Source: Negaprion brevirostris (lineage: Eukaryota). From it: a stretch of 64,000 bases of DNA. Below, piece by piece: positions 12,639-25,750 of the stretch. A program made the position numbers and the translations under genes. Below the pieces are notes generated by a model. It was given only the letters and a program-made list of their open reading frames with translations, did not search any database and had not been told where the DNA came from. The stretch's first letter is position 1; each line of letters opens with the position of its first letter. The stretch lies in the NCBI GenBank assembly GCA_030324005.1, contig JARDVH010000124.1, positions 26,040,970 through 26,104,969 of the forward strand. Direction: 5' to 3'.

Positions 12639-13628
12639 AATGTGGAAAGCAGTAAGTGACAGAATCAGATCAGTGCGGCGCATTTGAGTAGATTACCGTC
12701 AATCTTCAAATTAGTGTTCATTTTTAAAGGTCGTCTGAACGCACACTTCTCATTTGGATTTCCGTAGTGGCCTTCTGCAGTGCAATGTAAGGCTGTGTGA
12801 ATCCTTAATCAGGTGCTAAAAATAAATCTCTGAGGCAGCACTTGCCCTAATTAAACATGTGCAGCAGCTAACTCCAAAATGGTTTGTTTTTTTTTTAAAT
12901 AATAGTTCATATAGTTGCCTGACACATTAAAATGATATGGAGCCACTTTCAGTTATTAATTTTTGCCAAATTTATGAAGTTTTTGCAAAGAGCAAATGTC
13001 ACTATGACAGAATGAAGTATCATGTTGTGTTGGNNNNNNNNNNNNNNNNNNNNNNNNNNNNNNNNNNNNNNNNNNNNNNNNNNNNNNNNNNNNNNNNNNN
13101 NNNNNNNNNNNNNNNNNNNNNNNNNNNNNNNNNNNNNNNNNNNNNNNNNNNNNNNNNNNNNNNNNNNNNNNNNNNNNNNNNNNNNNNNNNNNATGTTTTG
13201 TTCGAAACTGTTCAGTGTTATGCCTAATATTGGACTGATGGATTAAAGTAATTCTGGATTGACTAAAGTGCACTTATTTTGATAGCTAATTGGCCAAAGC
13301 AGTGGATGGAAATTTATATATGCTCCACACTTTGTTAAAGAGTTCTTGGATAACTTCCTCTTTTAGAGGTATCATTTTAATCTGACCAAACTTGAAGGAG
13401 TAATTCAGTAGCTACGAAGTGCTATAGGAAATCCTGCAGCTCTAAATAAATAACAAGTCTTTTTTCCCACATAAATTTTTAAAATTAACTTCTTCATGCA
13501 AAATATCTCAGTCAGCAATGTAGTTCACCCGTATTTCTTCTGAATTTTGGCAATGATCTAAGAAGCTTATGGTCACCGCAATGCAATAATATTACCTCAT
13601 TACATGCTATAATGTCGCCATAGTCTAT

Positions 13629-13836
13629 GGGCGAGATTCTCCGGCCTCCCAGCCGCATGTTTCCCGTGGGAGGTGGCGCGTTGTTTGCTAGTGGCGGGAT
13701 TCTCTGGTTCTGCCGCTTTCAATGGGAATTCCCATTTTTCCCATCACCCCACGTCACAGGGAAACCTGCAGGTGGGGATACGCTGACGGCAGGACTGGAG
13801 AATCTTGCTGGTGTGAACGGCTAGAGAATTCTGGCC
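13629..13836. mobile_element. MITE-like fold-back element (PIF/Harbinger-like)
   Basis: Imperfect terminal inverted repeats GGGCGAGATTCTC / GAGAATTCTGGCC, an inner inverted repeat pair, and central palindrome AATGGGAATTCCCATT. Confidence 0.7.
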
Positions 13837-14597
13837 TAATTTTAAATTCTTTGAATATGCTGAAACAAAAGATTAAACTTAAACCAGACAATCCTTTTAT
13901 TTCCTTCCAAATCAACAAAATCCTTCAATTTGGAATCGAATTACTGACCAGAATAATAAAGTTGATGCCGTTTTAATATTTCAATGTCCAGAACTGCATA
14001 TGTTTTGTGGATGCAAATTCTATACAATTATTTACAGATTTTTTTCATATCTTGAGTCCATATACATTAAAACATTTAAAAGATGTTTGGACCCTGACAC
14101 AAAAAGCTCTTTAACAATTGAACTGTAAACTAATATTCAATGTACGGTGCACAGTGGAGATATTTTTGAAAACCTGTATAGCATTTGACAGAATCTCCAA
14201 ACAAAGAACAGTAATCTGTCAGGAAACTGCTTTCTGAATGTTTCCAGTCAGGATAATGAGTAACAACTCTGACAAAGAGAAGCTTCTGAACTTCCTGGCA
14301 ACAATTAATTACCATGCTTTCTAATAAGGTGTCTGATTTCAATGAGGGAATATTTGACTCGTGTCTTGGTCTGATTTTCGTTTACTAAATGTCAGCATTA
14401 ATAAAATTGCGTTATAACCTATATGTGAAGAATGTAAAGATAGTAGTGAGAGTAGAACTGTTGCAGACAAGGCTTTCAATTAACTCGAGCTTCAGGCAGA
14501 ACTGAAACAAACGGTTCATTTTTAACAGTGAAACGACAGAAGGAAATGCAGAGAAAGAACAAGCTTGAATTTGTAGATGTCGTTGACATCCCATTCA

Positions 14598-14925
14598 CAT
14601 TGTAAAACACTTCCCAGCCAATGAATTATCATTGATGTGTAACCACTGTTTGGCAGCCGGAGAAGGCAGCCAGTTTGCAGCAAGGCCCTGCAATCAGCAA
14701 TGAAAGAAATGATCCGCTAATCTGTTTTGGGGGATGCTTGTTGAGGGGCAAATTTCAAATGGGCCATGGAAAATTTCCCCTGCTGTGTTTGTGCCATGGG
14801 ATCTTTAGAGCAAGTAGACATCTCAAATGAAGGACGGCTGCTCTGAAATTTTAGTACACCCTCAATACTGCCATTTGGCCTCCATCATGTGCTCAAGTTG
14901 TGGAGTGAGGCTTAAACCTGACAGG
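14598..14925 (-). mobile_element. Ancient Deu-domain SINE (SacSINE1/AmnSINE-like), degenerate
   Basis: Reverse complement contains AAAGATCCCATGGCAC, AGCAGGGGAAAT and AAAACAGATTAGCGGATCATTTC...TTGCTG, collinear with the + copy at 44910. Confidence 0.65.
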
Positions 14926-16651
14926 TCAGTTACTGTCTGGAAATGAAATACTGGTTTACATTTTGGAATGAAACCCTTCATTGGTACTCAACACATTTGG
15001 CTATGACCCAACCCATGGAGGATTCCTATTAAAGCATTAACCTGTCTTCCTGGTTTAGATTCTGATGAACGTATTGCACTTTTTTTGTGTTTGTTTTGGA
15101 CTTCCTGCCTGTGTAATTTTTCTTATTGCTTTTTCTTAACAAAACTACCTGCTTATTCAAAGTCTGAACCCCATCGATACATTGTCTCTGTCCCTATAAA
15201 TGTTCCCTTACACTGATGTCAGTGCTACCCTTTACTCAGAGGGGCTGCATTTGAGCAAGGTGTTAACAAAAAACTGGCATGTAAAGACACTGGCACAACA
15301 CAACATTGTATGAATCATTTACTCTGGCTCTCAATGTATCTTTAATTTATTCAGTAAAAGCAGCCAGGAGCAGAAACACGCAGGCAGTTTCTGCACAATG
15401 GCAAATCTTGACTGCATGTTTGTAGAGCACTCACTGCAGGAATGCTGTTTGCCAAGAGGATAGTATTGTGGAAGATTTGCAATGCTATTACCAATGAATG
15501 CACCAAATGTCACAGCCCTCAATGTACTGACCAAGTTAGACCTGTGCAGCATCGAGCCTGGCAACTGGGACTCCAAAATGCACGTTATCCCTCCAATTAG
15601 CTACTTGTTTTAAAGCTGTGTGTGAATTGTAGTGCCTCAAATCCTATTTCTCACAAGAGAATTTGAACATCACTACCTGAAACACAAGGTGGGAAATAAG
15701 GAGAGAAGCAGCAGCTCTGCACAGATAACTAAGAGCTATCCCTGGATTTAACGCACTTGAGTATGCTGAGTAGGGCATATTTGATGAGCAAAGAAAACCT
15801 GGGAGCTGCTAATTAGTTTGTTGAGGGCAGCTACCATTATTACTGAGGTTAACAGCTGTTGTAGCTGTTAAGAGATCTAGAGGTTCATCTTTACAACTCG
15901 CCTGCTCTTCTTATTCCCAGTAGAATAGAACCTGGTTCCTGAAATGGACACTTTGACCATATGAATAGGTTACAAACTGAAAGCTTGTTAAGATAATAGC
16001 CAGGGTTATGAGCATTGAATGTGTTACTTATTTACAAGACACAAACATGTCAAAATATTAATTAAATGCTGATCAGTTGAGTTCACCAGATAAAAGCTAA
16101 ATAGGCATCTTTCAGGAGCCTGTCTCCTGAAAGCAATGGTTACTACAAAGAGGCATTTTTTAATTGGACATTTTGTTGAGAATACTGCAGTGAAATGGTT
16201 GAGTTTCCTCCATTGCCTTGGTGGATGACGATATTATTAACTGGGATGATACAATTCTATTTATAAATGTGGAAAAAACCTATCCTAGATATTGTAATTG
16301 AAGCTGTTGTATAAATCTGCTGTTGAAGCAGATCTTGCTGGAAGGCAACCATTTATGGAGGACATCTGGTACTCCAGCTGGTGTGCACAGATCTAATCGT
16401 TCTTTTCAAAAGGGTGTATGAAGAAAATCATATTGTATTGGATTTAAAAAAAAAACATACAATGTAGGAACCAGTCTGGGTGAAACTCTTGTCACCCAAA
16501 CTGCTACATAACTACCACTTTATTCTGTACATTAAAACAATATTGTGTATTCTATGTGACATTTGACTTGAGCTGTGAAAAGCAGCACCAAGAACAATAA
16601 CGGTGCATGAAGCAGCTCAGTGTGACTAATGGTCACTTTCCAATTAAAGTA

Positions 16652-16966
16652 AGGCATGGTGGCACAGTGGTTAGCACTGCTGTCTCACAGCACCAGGACC
16701 CAGGTTCAATTCCTGGCTTGTGTCACTGTCTGTGTGGAGTCTGCCTGTTCTCCTCGTGTCAGCCTGGCTTTCTTCTGGGTGCTCCGGTTTCCTGCCACGC
16801 TCCAAAGATGTGCAGGGTAAGTGGACTGGCCATATTAACTTGCCCTCCTCTTGTGTCAAGGGGGTTATCAGGGTAAATACGTGGGGTTATGGCAATAGAA
16901 CTTGGGTGGGACTGTTGTTGGTGGAGACTCGATGGGGTGAATGGCCTCTTTCTGCTCTGTGGGGAC
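16652..16966 (+). mobile_element. SINE family A, full length
   Basis: Head, core and CR1-like tail are all present. Confidence 0.9.
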
Positions 16967-17114
16967 TAAGTGGATTGTGGGTGGTTTTGTGAGATGATGT
17001 AAAATGCCCAAATAAATGATTTTATTGATGTGGCAAACAGTGAGGGTGATACTATTGGCATGGGATGGCCAAGCAGAATGGGCAATGCAATAGGTACATA
17101 GAAGGTGGCAGGTG

Positions 17115-17712
17115 GCTGTGGACATTACTGGCTGGGCCAACTAGTTGCCCATCCTTATTGTCCTTGAACTGAGTTGCCGGCTAAGCCATTTCGGAGGACA
17201 TTTAAGAGTCATTCACGTTGCTGGGTGGGCCTGGAGTCACATGCAGGCCAGACCAGGTAAGAATGGCAGATTTCCTTTCCTTAAGGGCATTAGTGGGTAT
17301 CAGGGTACCAGGCATTTTGCCGGAGAGGTGGTAGTGGAAGCGGATATAGTAGTGACTTTTAAGGGGCATCTTGACAAATACATGAATAGGATGCAAATAG
17401 AAGGATATGGTCCCAGGAAGGCTAGGGGATTTTAGTTCAGTCAGGCAGCATGGTCAGTGCAGGCTGGGAGGGCTGAAGGGCCTGTTCCTATGCTGTAATT
17501 TTTTTTGTCCTTTGGTGGACCAGTTGGGTTTTTTAGAACAATTGACAACGGTTTCATGGTCATCGTTAGACCTTTAATTCTAGATTTCTTTTATTATTTG
17601 AATTCAAATTTCACCATCTGCCATGGTAAGATTGAAACCCAGGTCACCAGAGCATTTACTGGGTCTCTCGATTACTAGTTCAGTGACAATACTGCTATGC
17701 CACTGGCTCCCT
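17115..17712 (-). mobile_element. SINE family B split by a + strand CR1 3' fragment (about 17300-17512)
   Basis: SINE stops at GGGCATTAGTGG and resumes at GGTGGACCAGTTGGG. The insert encodes VVEADIVVTFKGHLDKYMNRMQIEGYG plus tail. Confidence 0.8.
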
Positions 17713-17714
17713 AC

Positions 17715-18350
17715 TTGAGAGAGTGGTTTAGAGAAGTAAATGGCATCTTGGACTTAATAAATAGAGGCATTGAGCACAAATTCTGTGCCTTTATAAAGTT
17801 CTAGTCAGGCTACGACCAGAATATTTTGTCCAGTTCTGCTCACCATGTTCCAGGAAAGATGTAAGTATCCTCGAGAGGGTGCAGAGGAGATTTATCAGAG
17901 TGGTTGCAGGGCTGCGGAATTTTAGCTACAAGGTTAAGTTAAAGAAATTGGAGTTGTTCCCTCCTGGGGCAGAGGGGAGTGAGGAGAAATTTGATGGAGG
18001 TGTTCAAGAATGTAACAAGTTTCAAAAAGGTTGACAAAGGGAAGCTGTTTGGATTAGCTGATGGTACAAGGCTCAGACTATGCAGATTGAAGGTTTTGGA
18101 TGAAATTCAAAGGTGATGTGAGGGAGGACTTCTTTTAACATTGAGTAGTAGTGGCCCAAACTCACTGTCTGTGAGGGTCATGGAAACAGAGGTGATAAAT
18201 GAGGCAAAAAGGGAATTGGACATGCTATTGAGAGAAATAAATTTTCAATGCTGTGGGGATAGGGTGGGAGATTGAGACTTTACAGAGAACCATCATGAAC
18301 TCAATGGGCCATTTGGCCTCCTCCTGCGCATTGTGACTCTCTGTATGATG
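17715..18350 (+). mobile_element. Degenerate CR1 3' portion
   Basis: Segments corresponding to VQFCSPCSRKD..LERVQRRF, followed by a CR1 tail ATGGGCCATTTGGCCTCCT. Confidence 0.75.
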
Positions 18351-18369
18351 CTTTATTCTTTTGTACTTT

Positions 18370-18781
18370 GGTTCCCCAATGACACAAACTAGTTTCCAAT
18401 CCATTGACACTGACTCCATTTCCCTTGGAAAATCAGCCAGCATAATCAAGGACCCTCTCTCTCCACACACACACACACACGCACGCCCGCCCGCCCGCCC
18501 TGACATACTGTCTTCCACCTTCTTCGGTCAGGAAAATGATACAAAAGTCCAAGGTCACATACCAGCCGACTTCTTCCCTGCTGCCATCAGACTTTTGAAT
18601 GGACCTTACTCATATTAAGTTAATCTTTCTCTACACCCTGGCTATGACTGTAACACACACTCTGCACTCTCTCCTTTCCTTCTCTATGAACAGTATGTTT
18701 TGTCTGTATAGTGTGCATGAAAAAATACTTTTCACAGTATGCCAATACATGTGACAATAATAAATTAAATCAAAATCAAAG
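18370..18781 (+). mobile_element. Rex1/Babar-type LINE 3' end containing a (CA)n/(GCCC)n microsatellite
   Basis: KSASIIKDP...FFPAAIRLLNGP followed by a tail ending in (AATCA)-like repeats. Homologous to the - strand copy at 25003. Confidence 0.7.
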
Positions 18782-19805
18782 GTGACAACATTTGTATTTA
18801 AGTATTGGGGTAGTTACTGTACATGTGTAGTGTCGCTGTTGATTTGAAGTGGCCTTGCTGAACATTGGCTATATGATTTCTGGATGGTTGGAGACCAGAT
18901 ATATCCTGGAAGGTGTGCTGTGGGACCTCTGGGAGGTCCCAGCACAAGGACTCTGTGGCAATTGCCTGGGAAGTTTGAACTTGTGATGGGCAATTCCCCT
19001 GTTGTCCAGGACCCTCAGAAATAGTCTCCAACCGTAAGAGTTTGTGATTTTGAACAGTTCCGCCTTGCCTATCTGACTAGTTACCCAGGGAATTTTATAC
19101 AGAAAAGAAAAGCTAAACTAACTGCTGGAGAACCATTAACTGACCTAATCTGCAATGCTGCCAGTCCTGATTCCTGCACCCCCATCCCCACACCACCCCC
19201 CCAACCGCCCCCCCCAGTTCCTTGACTCTCCCTGTGACTGACCTAACCTGACCAGCCCTCACTATCCCACCAGACCCAACCAAATGAGCCTTCAACCTAA
19301 CCTGACTGACCCCCACTACCCTGGAAATGGCCTTATGAGTCCCCAGCCTGACAATCTTGCCCTACATGCCCTTATTATTCCCAACCCAATCACCCATTTA
19401 CCCTTCTCAGCTGCTCCCTTACTCTCTTACACACTTACCTCATGATCCATCCTACCCCTTTACGCACTTGCCATCTCTCTCTAGCTTTTCAAAGAGCTTT
19501 AGGATACAACCAGGATATTGCAATACAATGTTCAAAAGGGGGAATGGCTTCTGCATGGATTCTGTCCTCTACTCCTGCTGAGGTTTCCTGCAGTGACTGG
19601 AGTCTGTTGGAATGTCCATCAGAAGATTGCCCTTGAAAAATCGTGGAAAGAAAGTGAGTTTATTTCTGATTGGGGTTGGAAATAGGGTTCTGATTGTGAA
19701 TGGAAGAGTTGGGGTGTAGTTTTTAATTTTGTCAATGTACATTGAGCAGTTGCTGACAATCAGGTGAGGAGGGGCTGAATTGCTCCCCTCTTTCCCCTCT
19801 CTTTA

Positions 19806-20056
19806 ATAGAGTCATAGAGGTTTATAGCATGGAAACAGGTCCTTTGGCCCAACTTGTCCATGCCACCCTTTTTTTTAAAACTCCTAAGCTAGTCCCAATT
19901 GCTCACATTTGGCCCATATCGCTTATACCCATTTTATCCATGTAACTGTCTAAATGCGTTTTAAAAGACAAAATTGTACCCACCTCTACTATTATCTCTG
20001 GCAGCTTGTTCCAGACACTCACCACCTGATGTGTGAAAAAATTGCCCCTCTGGACA
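19806..20056 (-). mobile_element. CR1 3' end running into an N gap
   Basis: QRGNFFTHQVVSVWNKLPE...FKTHLDSYMDK plus tail. Confidence 0.82.
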
Positions 20057-22145
20057 NNNNNNNNNNNNNNNNNNNNNNNNNNNNNNNNNNNNNNNNNNNN
20101 NNNNNNNNNNNNNNNNNNNNNNNNNNNNNNNNNNNNNNNNNNNNNNNNNNNNNNNNCAGTGCACTGCCCCCAGCACTCTGGCACTGACACCATGATCTGG
20201 CCGCATGGACCCTGAGGGGAACCAAGGAGGTACCTCCAGTGGCCATTTGCCCTTCTGCTGCTGCCAGGCTGCGTTGGAAGGGTCCCTCAAGGACCCTGGG
20301 GGTTGGGTGGGTTCAGTCTGGGGGCAAGGGGCTCACCTTGCCACTCTACCTGGGTTGCAGGTTTCATGGCTCTACTGCTCCTTTGTACCCTGACAGACTT
20401 GACAATCACTCATGGCATGGTGATTTCTGACACCCCATTCAGTGGGACATCAGGATTCCCGTGGGCCATCTGGTGAGGCTAGAGAATCCCGCCCAAAGTT
20501 CTACCACTTAACAGTGAGATTTTACACCACCTTCAATTCAGTAGTGTCAAAAAGAAATAATACAACAGGCGCTGATCGTTGCCCCTGTTGAATTCAAGTA
20601 GAAAGATGTGCACACAGTTAAACTGAATGTCTTTTGGGAGAATATTTTGGACGTCAACAGGCATGTATGAAAAGATTAAAAAGGGTGATTACAATCAATA
20701 TAAATTCTGTGTTTTTATATCAATATTACAACCTCAAGAATTCTTGGGGGAAGAAATAATGTGAGCTGGAGAGGTCATCATCAGACATTCACTTCCCAGA
20801 ATCCAGCTTTTGTTTTCTCTTGGTATAGAGAGCATGTTTCCACGCAGATGTTTTAACGTCAGAGTTTCTTTATTTCCTCCCACCCTCTGGCCAGGATTCC
20901 TGAATACACGAAAACTCCCCCTCCACAATCCAGCTGAAATTTATTTTTGTATGGAACCTTTTCAGTTGTGGCTACAATATCTTAGCTTTGTCAATACAGG
21001 TAGCATTTTAATTCTTGCACGATGGCCTGGCTGAGAACCGAAAGTAGAACAACCCTTTGAGTTGCCGGATTTTGTACTGGCAACCTGGTCTGTGCAATTA
21101 CTGCCATCGACTTCACTTTGTGCACACTAAAATTTTTTCCATATTTTTNNNNNNNNNNNNNNNNNNNNNNNNNNNNNNNNNNNNNNNNNNNNNNNNNNNN
21201 NNNNNNNNNNNNNNNNNNNNNNNNNNNNNNNNNNNNNNNNNNNNNNNNACACTAAAATTTTTTCCATATTTTTTCCTGCTCTTTTTACTACATGCCCCTG
21301 AGTCAATAATTCTTCTGCTGCAGCAGTTAACGGGCTTGGAATTGACATATGAAAATGACTAAATTCTCTCACCTCATTATCCACCCCCACTCAGTGATCC
21401 TCTTTTCCCATAATACAATAATGTAGTTTGGCAACATTGACATCCATTAGCAAATGTGTTTTGAAGAGTTCCAGGAGGACATAGTGGTGATAGCTTCTCG
21501 TGACTGAAATACATTGCAACCTGTTTTTACCACATTGGGAAGTTGTCTGACTTCGTTCAAAACTTTTGGACTGCTTGGAGCTTGAGAACCAGGAAGAGAA
21601 GTGATTTTAGACAATGTAAATATTTGCCTCCCTCTGTTCTATTTCATTTTTGACTGGAATGTGTGTGCTCGGTGACGATGGATGATGAATCATCAGGAAT
21701 CATCAGGAGTGCCTCTCAGTGCACAGCTGTTGTTTCCTGTCTCCTTTCCCTGTTGTTCCAGAGAAAACTGGCCCCTGAACCCAGCCCTGCATCTGCTGCG
21801 ATCTGATCAAAATGAGGAAAAGGTGATTTATTTAAACATTTATATTGGTTGTAATTTGTAAAAGTTTTGTCAAGGCTTCCAAGAGTGAGAAATGCTGATA
21901 GTTACTCGGGCTGTGGAACCAGCGGTGGGAATATTCACGGAGGGGGGAGATTTTGCAGGGTGCTTGCCTGAAGACCAGCCTCATTAACGGGGACCAGGCC
22001 TGTGGTACAAGGTCACATTTGGGGAGCAATGAAGCAGGATAGCAGAACAGAGAAAGTGGCGGCAGAGTGGGAGGAGAGATGGATGAGATCATGGCAGGGT
22101 GTGATTAGATTGTTGAGGCCAGGAGTATTGTGGATGTTTGGGAAA

Positions 22146-22442
22146 GGATGGCATGGTGGCACAGTGGTTAGCACTGCTGCCTCACAGCCTCGAGTCACTG
22201 TCTGTGAGGAGTTTGTACATTTTCCCTATACCTGCGTGGCTTTCCTCCAGGTGCTCCAGTTTCCTCCCACAGTCTGAAAGACATGTTGGTTAGGTGGATT
22301 GGTCATACTAAATTGTCTCTTATTGTCGGGGGGCTTAGCAGAGCAAATAAATGGAGTTATGGGGAATGGACCTGGGTGAGATTGTGGTCAATACAGGTCA
22401 ATGGGTTGAATGGCCTCCTTCTGCACTGTGGGGATTCTACAA
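22146..22442 (+). mobile_element. SINE family A with an internal deletion removing the B-box region
   Basis: Head runs CCTCACAGCC directly into TCGAGTCACTGTCTGTG. Core and tail are present. Confidence 0.85.
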
Positions 22443-24178
22443 TTGGGGACAAATTCGTAGAGGTGGGTGAGGGTAAGCGTTAGGGTCTGTGAAAATGTTT
22501 GTTCGCTGTGCCAGGAGGAAGCATTTCCGTTGTGCAGTTTCAGCAAGCTGCAACTGAACCTCGCTGATGGATTCTGCTGATTTAACCCCTTTGAATCTGC
22601 TCAGTTCCTCGAACATTGGACGATTATCATCTCTCCCTATTTCAAGTGAAGTCATGGAAACTGGAGAACTCAGTTTGCAATCTTCTGATAAGAATTTGTT
22701 GAAGAAATCTGTTTTATGTCTGAGAGTGGCAAACATTTGAGGTGCAAAGTTTTGGAAAGTCAGAAGTAGCTGAATGATGGGGTCATTATAAATTTCTCCT
22801 TCAAGCCGAGATGATCTTACCCATTGAGAATTATAACAGTGTTTAATCACATAAATTCAATAATAACGTGGGATGGAAGAGACCTTGCATATTCACCACA
22901 GGAGCTGAAACTAGGTGTCGAGACCAACTCTTTCTTCATTCACAATGATGTGTGACTTGCAATTTGAGACACCTGTGATTTGTCATTCACAACTTAGGAT
23001 GAATTGCTGTTTTAATTGCAGTTTTATTTGAGTAACTTTCTCAAAAACTTGCTTCTTGCAATCACCATTCCATCATTGAAATAATCTGCTTGTCTTTAGA
23101 TCCGAGAACGTGAATTTAGATTAGAAACTCGTGCCTCACATTCTCACACCACAGGAAATGTGAATGGTCTAGTTGGCTGTATTTCAAATACCACAAAAAG
23201 AAAGATCCTCGATTATCTTGCAAGCTTCCACTCCTGTGACTTGAGATTTTATACTTTGGGGAAAGGAAGAGTGCACTTCTTTTCAAAAGGAAAAGATAAA
23301 ATAAAGGGTATAATAATCTCACTGAGGCCAGTCTTCTGTCACCCATCACCCTCTGTTTGAAGTGCCATTCTATGGTTACAGAGTGAAAGCCAAGTCCCCC
23401 CATATCCTCCCTCTGCTGCAGCTTCTCTTGGGAAAGCCTGCACTCCCCTAATAGGGGAGCTCGTATTCTACGAGGTCCAAAGGGAGATCTGTTGATGATC
23501 CCTTGTGGCCGTCATAACAAAAGTTTATTTCTAAGCATTTTGAGTTTCTCTTTGGTGGCAACATTGCCAAGTTCAGTGGAATGCATTTCCATACCTGACT
23601 ATTAATCTTTGATGTGTTCCTTGGGTTAGGCTCGTTTGCATTTTTCAGGTGGTCTTGCTACATTATTCCCACCTGCAGCTTCGGATCCACCTTGTTGCCA
23701 GGTGGGGTTGTGTGAAATGGTAATTGCAACCTTGGGATCCTGCTGAATGGGACCTGCCTGGATCCAAGTAATGCACCTAAAAAAATGAAAATCAGGGGTG
23801 GAAGAAATTAATCTATCGTCCCATTATGGACTCTTTACAATCCCTTACTAATTCTGGATGCCAGTAACATGGGCATTGCCAGTGTCTGGTGTTCTTTATA
23901 TCTTGGTAAGGGCACAAAATTGGTCATATGTCGTCTCTGGTCATTCTGGCTAACTTGGGTAGTCTTGTCTGCCGTACATTAAGACTTACCCATGCGCCGC
24001 CACCTGACTCTGGGTAGACAATCCTGAAAGCAACAGGAATTGCTAGGCTCCCCCTACCCCCACCCCTCCAAGCCCCATTAACCAAACTCAAGTTACAAAA
24101 CAAAAGCAGAAAATCCTGCTCTGTTCAACCAGCGAATTGGTGGAGAGATGAGTTTTCCATGAAGAGCAAGCAAAGAAG

Positions 24179-24220
24179 ATTAAAGGTTAATGCAATAACA
24201 TTAAAGGTTAATGCAATAAC
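24179..24220. repeat. Perfect 21-bp tandem duplication
   Basis: ATTAAAGGTTAATGCAATAAC x2. Confidence 0.9.
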
Positions 24221-24860
24221 TTCAGTCTTTAAATCCAAATATTACTTTTGACCAAATGTAAACAGGATGCTGCTGTCTACTGGATGACTTGATTTGATCT
24301 GAGTTGCTTGCTATTAAACAATTAGCTTCTGCATCTATTCACTGGTTAATCTCTTTGCCATCATTCCTTGATTCTTGCTTTTTGCACCATTCTTGGAACT
24401 ACCCATATTGCTATAATTTCTGCAGCCAAGATTATTTTATGCAAGCTTTCTTTATCTCATGCTGTTAGCCTTTTGAGTATCTGGAAGCAGAACAGTTGTT
24501 TGTGTTATCCAGCTTTCTTAGTTTTGACAGAACCATAGAGATGGCAAGTTTGCATCAGGGTTTCCTTTCAGAGTTGATGATGTTCACAGTGTAGAAGCAG
24601 TCGAGGTTTCCAGGAGCCCTGTTGTTTCTGTGGCAAGTTTCTTGAGGATTCTAACATTTTTTGATTGTTGGATTGCAACTTCTGTTTATGATTTGAAGTT
24701 TATTTTGAAGCATGCTGTGTTCGTGAATTAATTTTCCAATCATAATTTCAGCAAATTTTCAGGAGGAAGATATTTAATGCCTGCATTTGTTACCCAAACT
24801 TTATCAATCAGTGGTCAAAAACAAGAATTAGTCTGGATCTCTTGCATACAAGCAAATTTT

Positions 24861-24997
24861 GGGCGCAATGTTATTGCCCGTTTGCGCTATGCTCCTGCTA
24901 CAGTGAAGACAGAGAAGTTGGCGGCAAGCCAAATCTCCATTCATTTGCAGTGAGGTGAGAAAATCCCACTAACGTGAATGGTTGGAAAATTCTGGCC
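24861..24997. mobile_element. Short MITE-like element
   Basis: GGGCGCAAT...GGAAAATTCTGGCC termini, related to the 13629 and 50064 elements. Confidence 0.6.
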
Positions 24998-25002
24998 AAA
25001 GG

Positions 25003-25750
25003 TTTGGTTTGGTTTGATTTGATTTGATTTATTACTGTCACATGTATTAGTATACAGTGAAAAGTATTGTTTCTTGTGTGCTATACAGACGAAAAAACAT
25101 TCATAGAGAAGGAAAGGAGAGAGTGCAGAGTGTAGTGTCATAGTCATAGCTAGGGTGTAGAGAAAGATCAATTTAGTGCAAGGTAGGACTATTCAAAAGT
25201 CTGATGCAGCAGGGAAGAAGCTGTTCTTGAGTCGATTGGTATGTGACCTCAGACTTTTGTCTTTCCCACTGGAAGAAAGTGGGAGAGACNNNNNNNNNNG
25301 GAGAGACAATGTCTGCAGTGTGTGGGGTCCTTAATTATGTTGGCTTCTTTTCCAAGATAGCAGAAACTGTACAAGTGTCAATGGATGGGAGGCTGGTTTG
25401 CGTGATAGACTGGGCTTCATTTGTGACCCTTGCAGTTTGTTGCGGTCTTGGGCAGAGCACAGTCGTAGCTGACATGCCAAATTTCCTTAGTGTTCTGAGA
25501 AAGTAGAGGCGTTGGTGGGCTTTCTTAACTATAGTTCGGATGGATTGGACTACATTCACGACCTTTTGTAATTCCTTGCAGTCTTGGGCTGNNNNNNNNN
25601 NNNNNNNNNNNNNNNNNNNNNNNNNNNNNNNNNNNNNNNNNNNNNNNNNNNNNNNNNNNNNNNNNNNNNNNNNNNNNNNNNNNNNNNNNNNGTTGGTGGG
25701 CTTTCTTAACTATAGTTCGGATGGGGAGGTGGGGGGGACCAGGACAGGTT
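25003..25750 (-). mobile_element. Rex1/Babar-type LINE fragment
   Basis: IVKKAHQRLYFLRTLRKFGMS on the - strand, with a (TTTGA)n tail at the left end. Confidence 0.75.
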
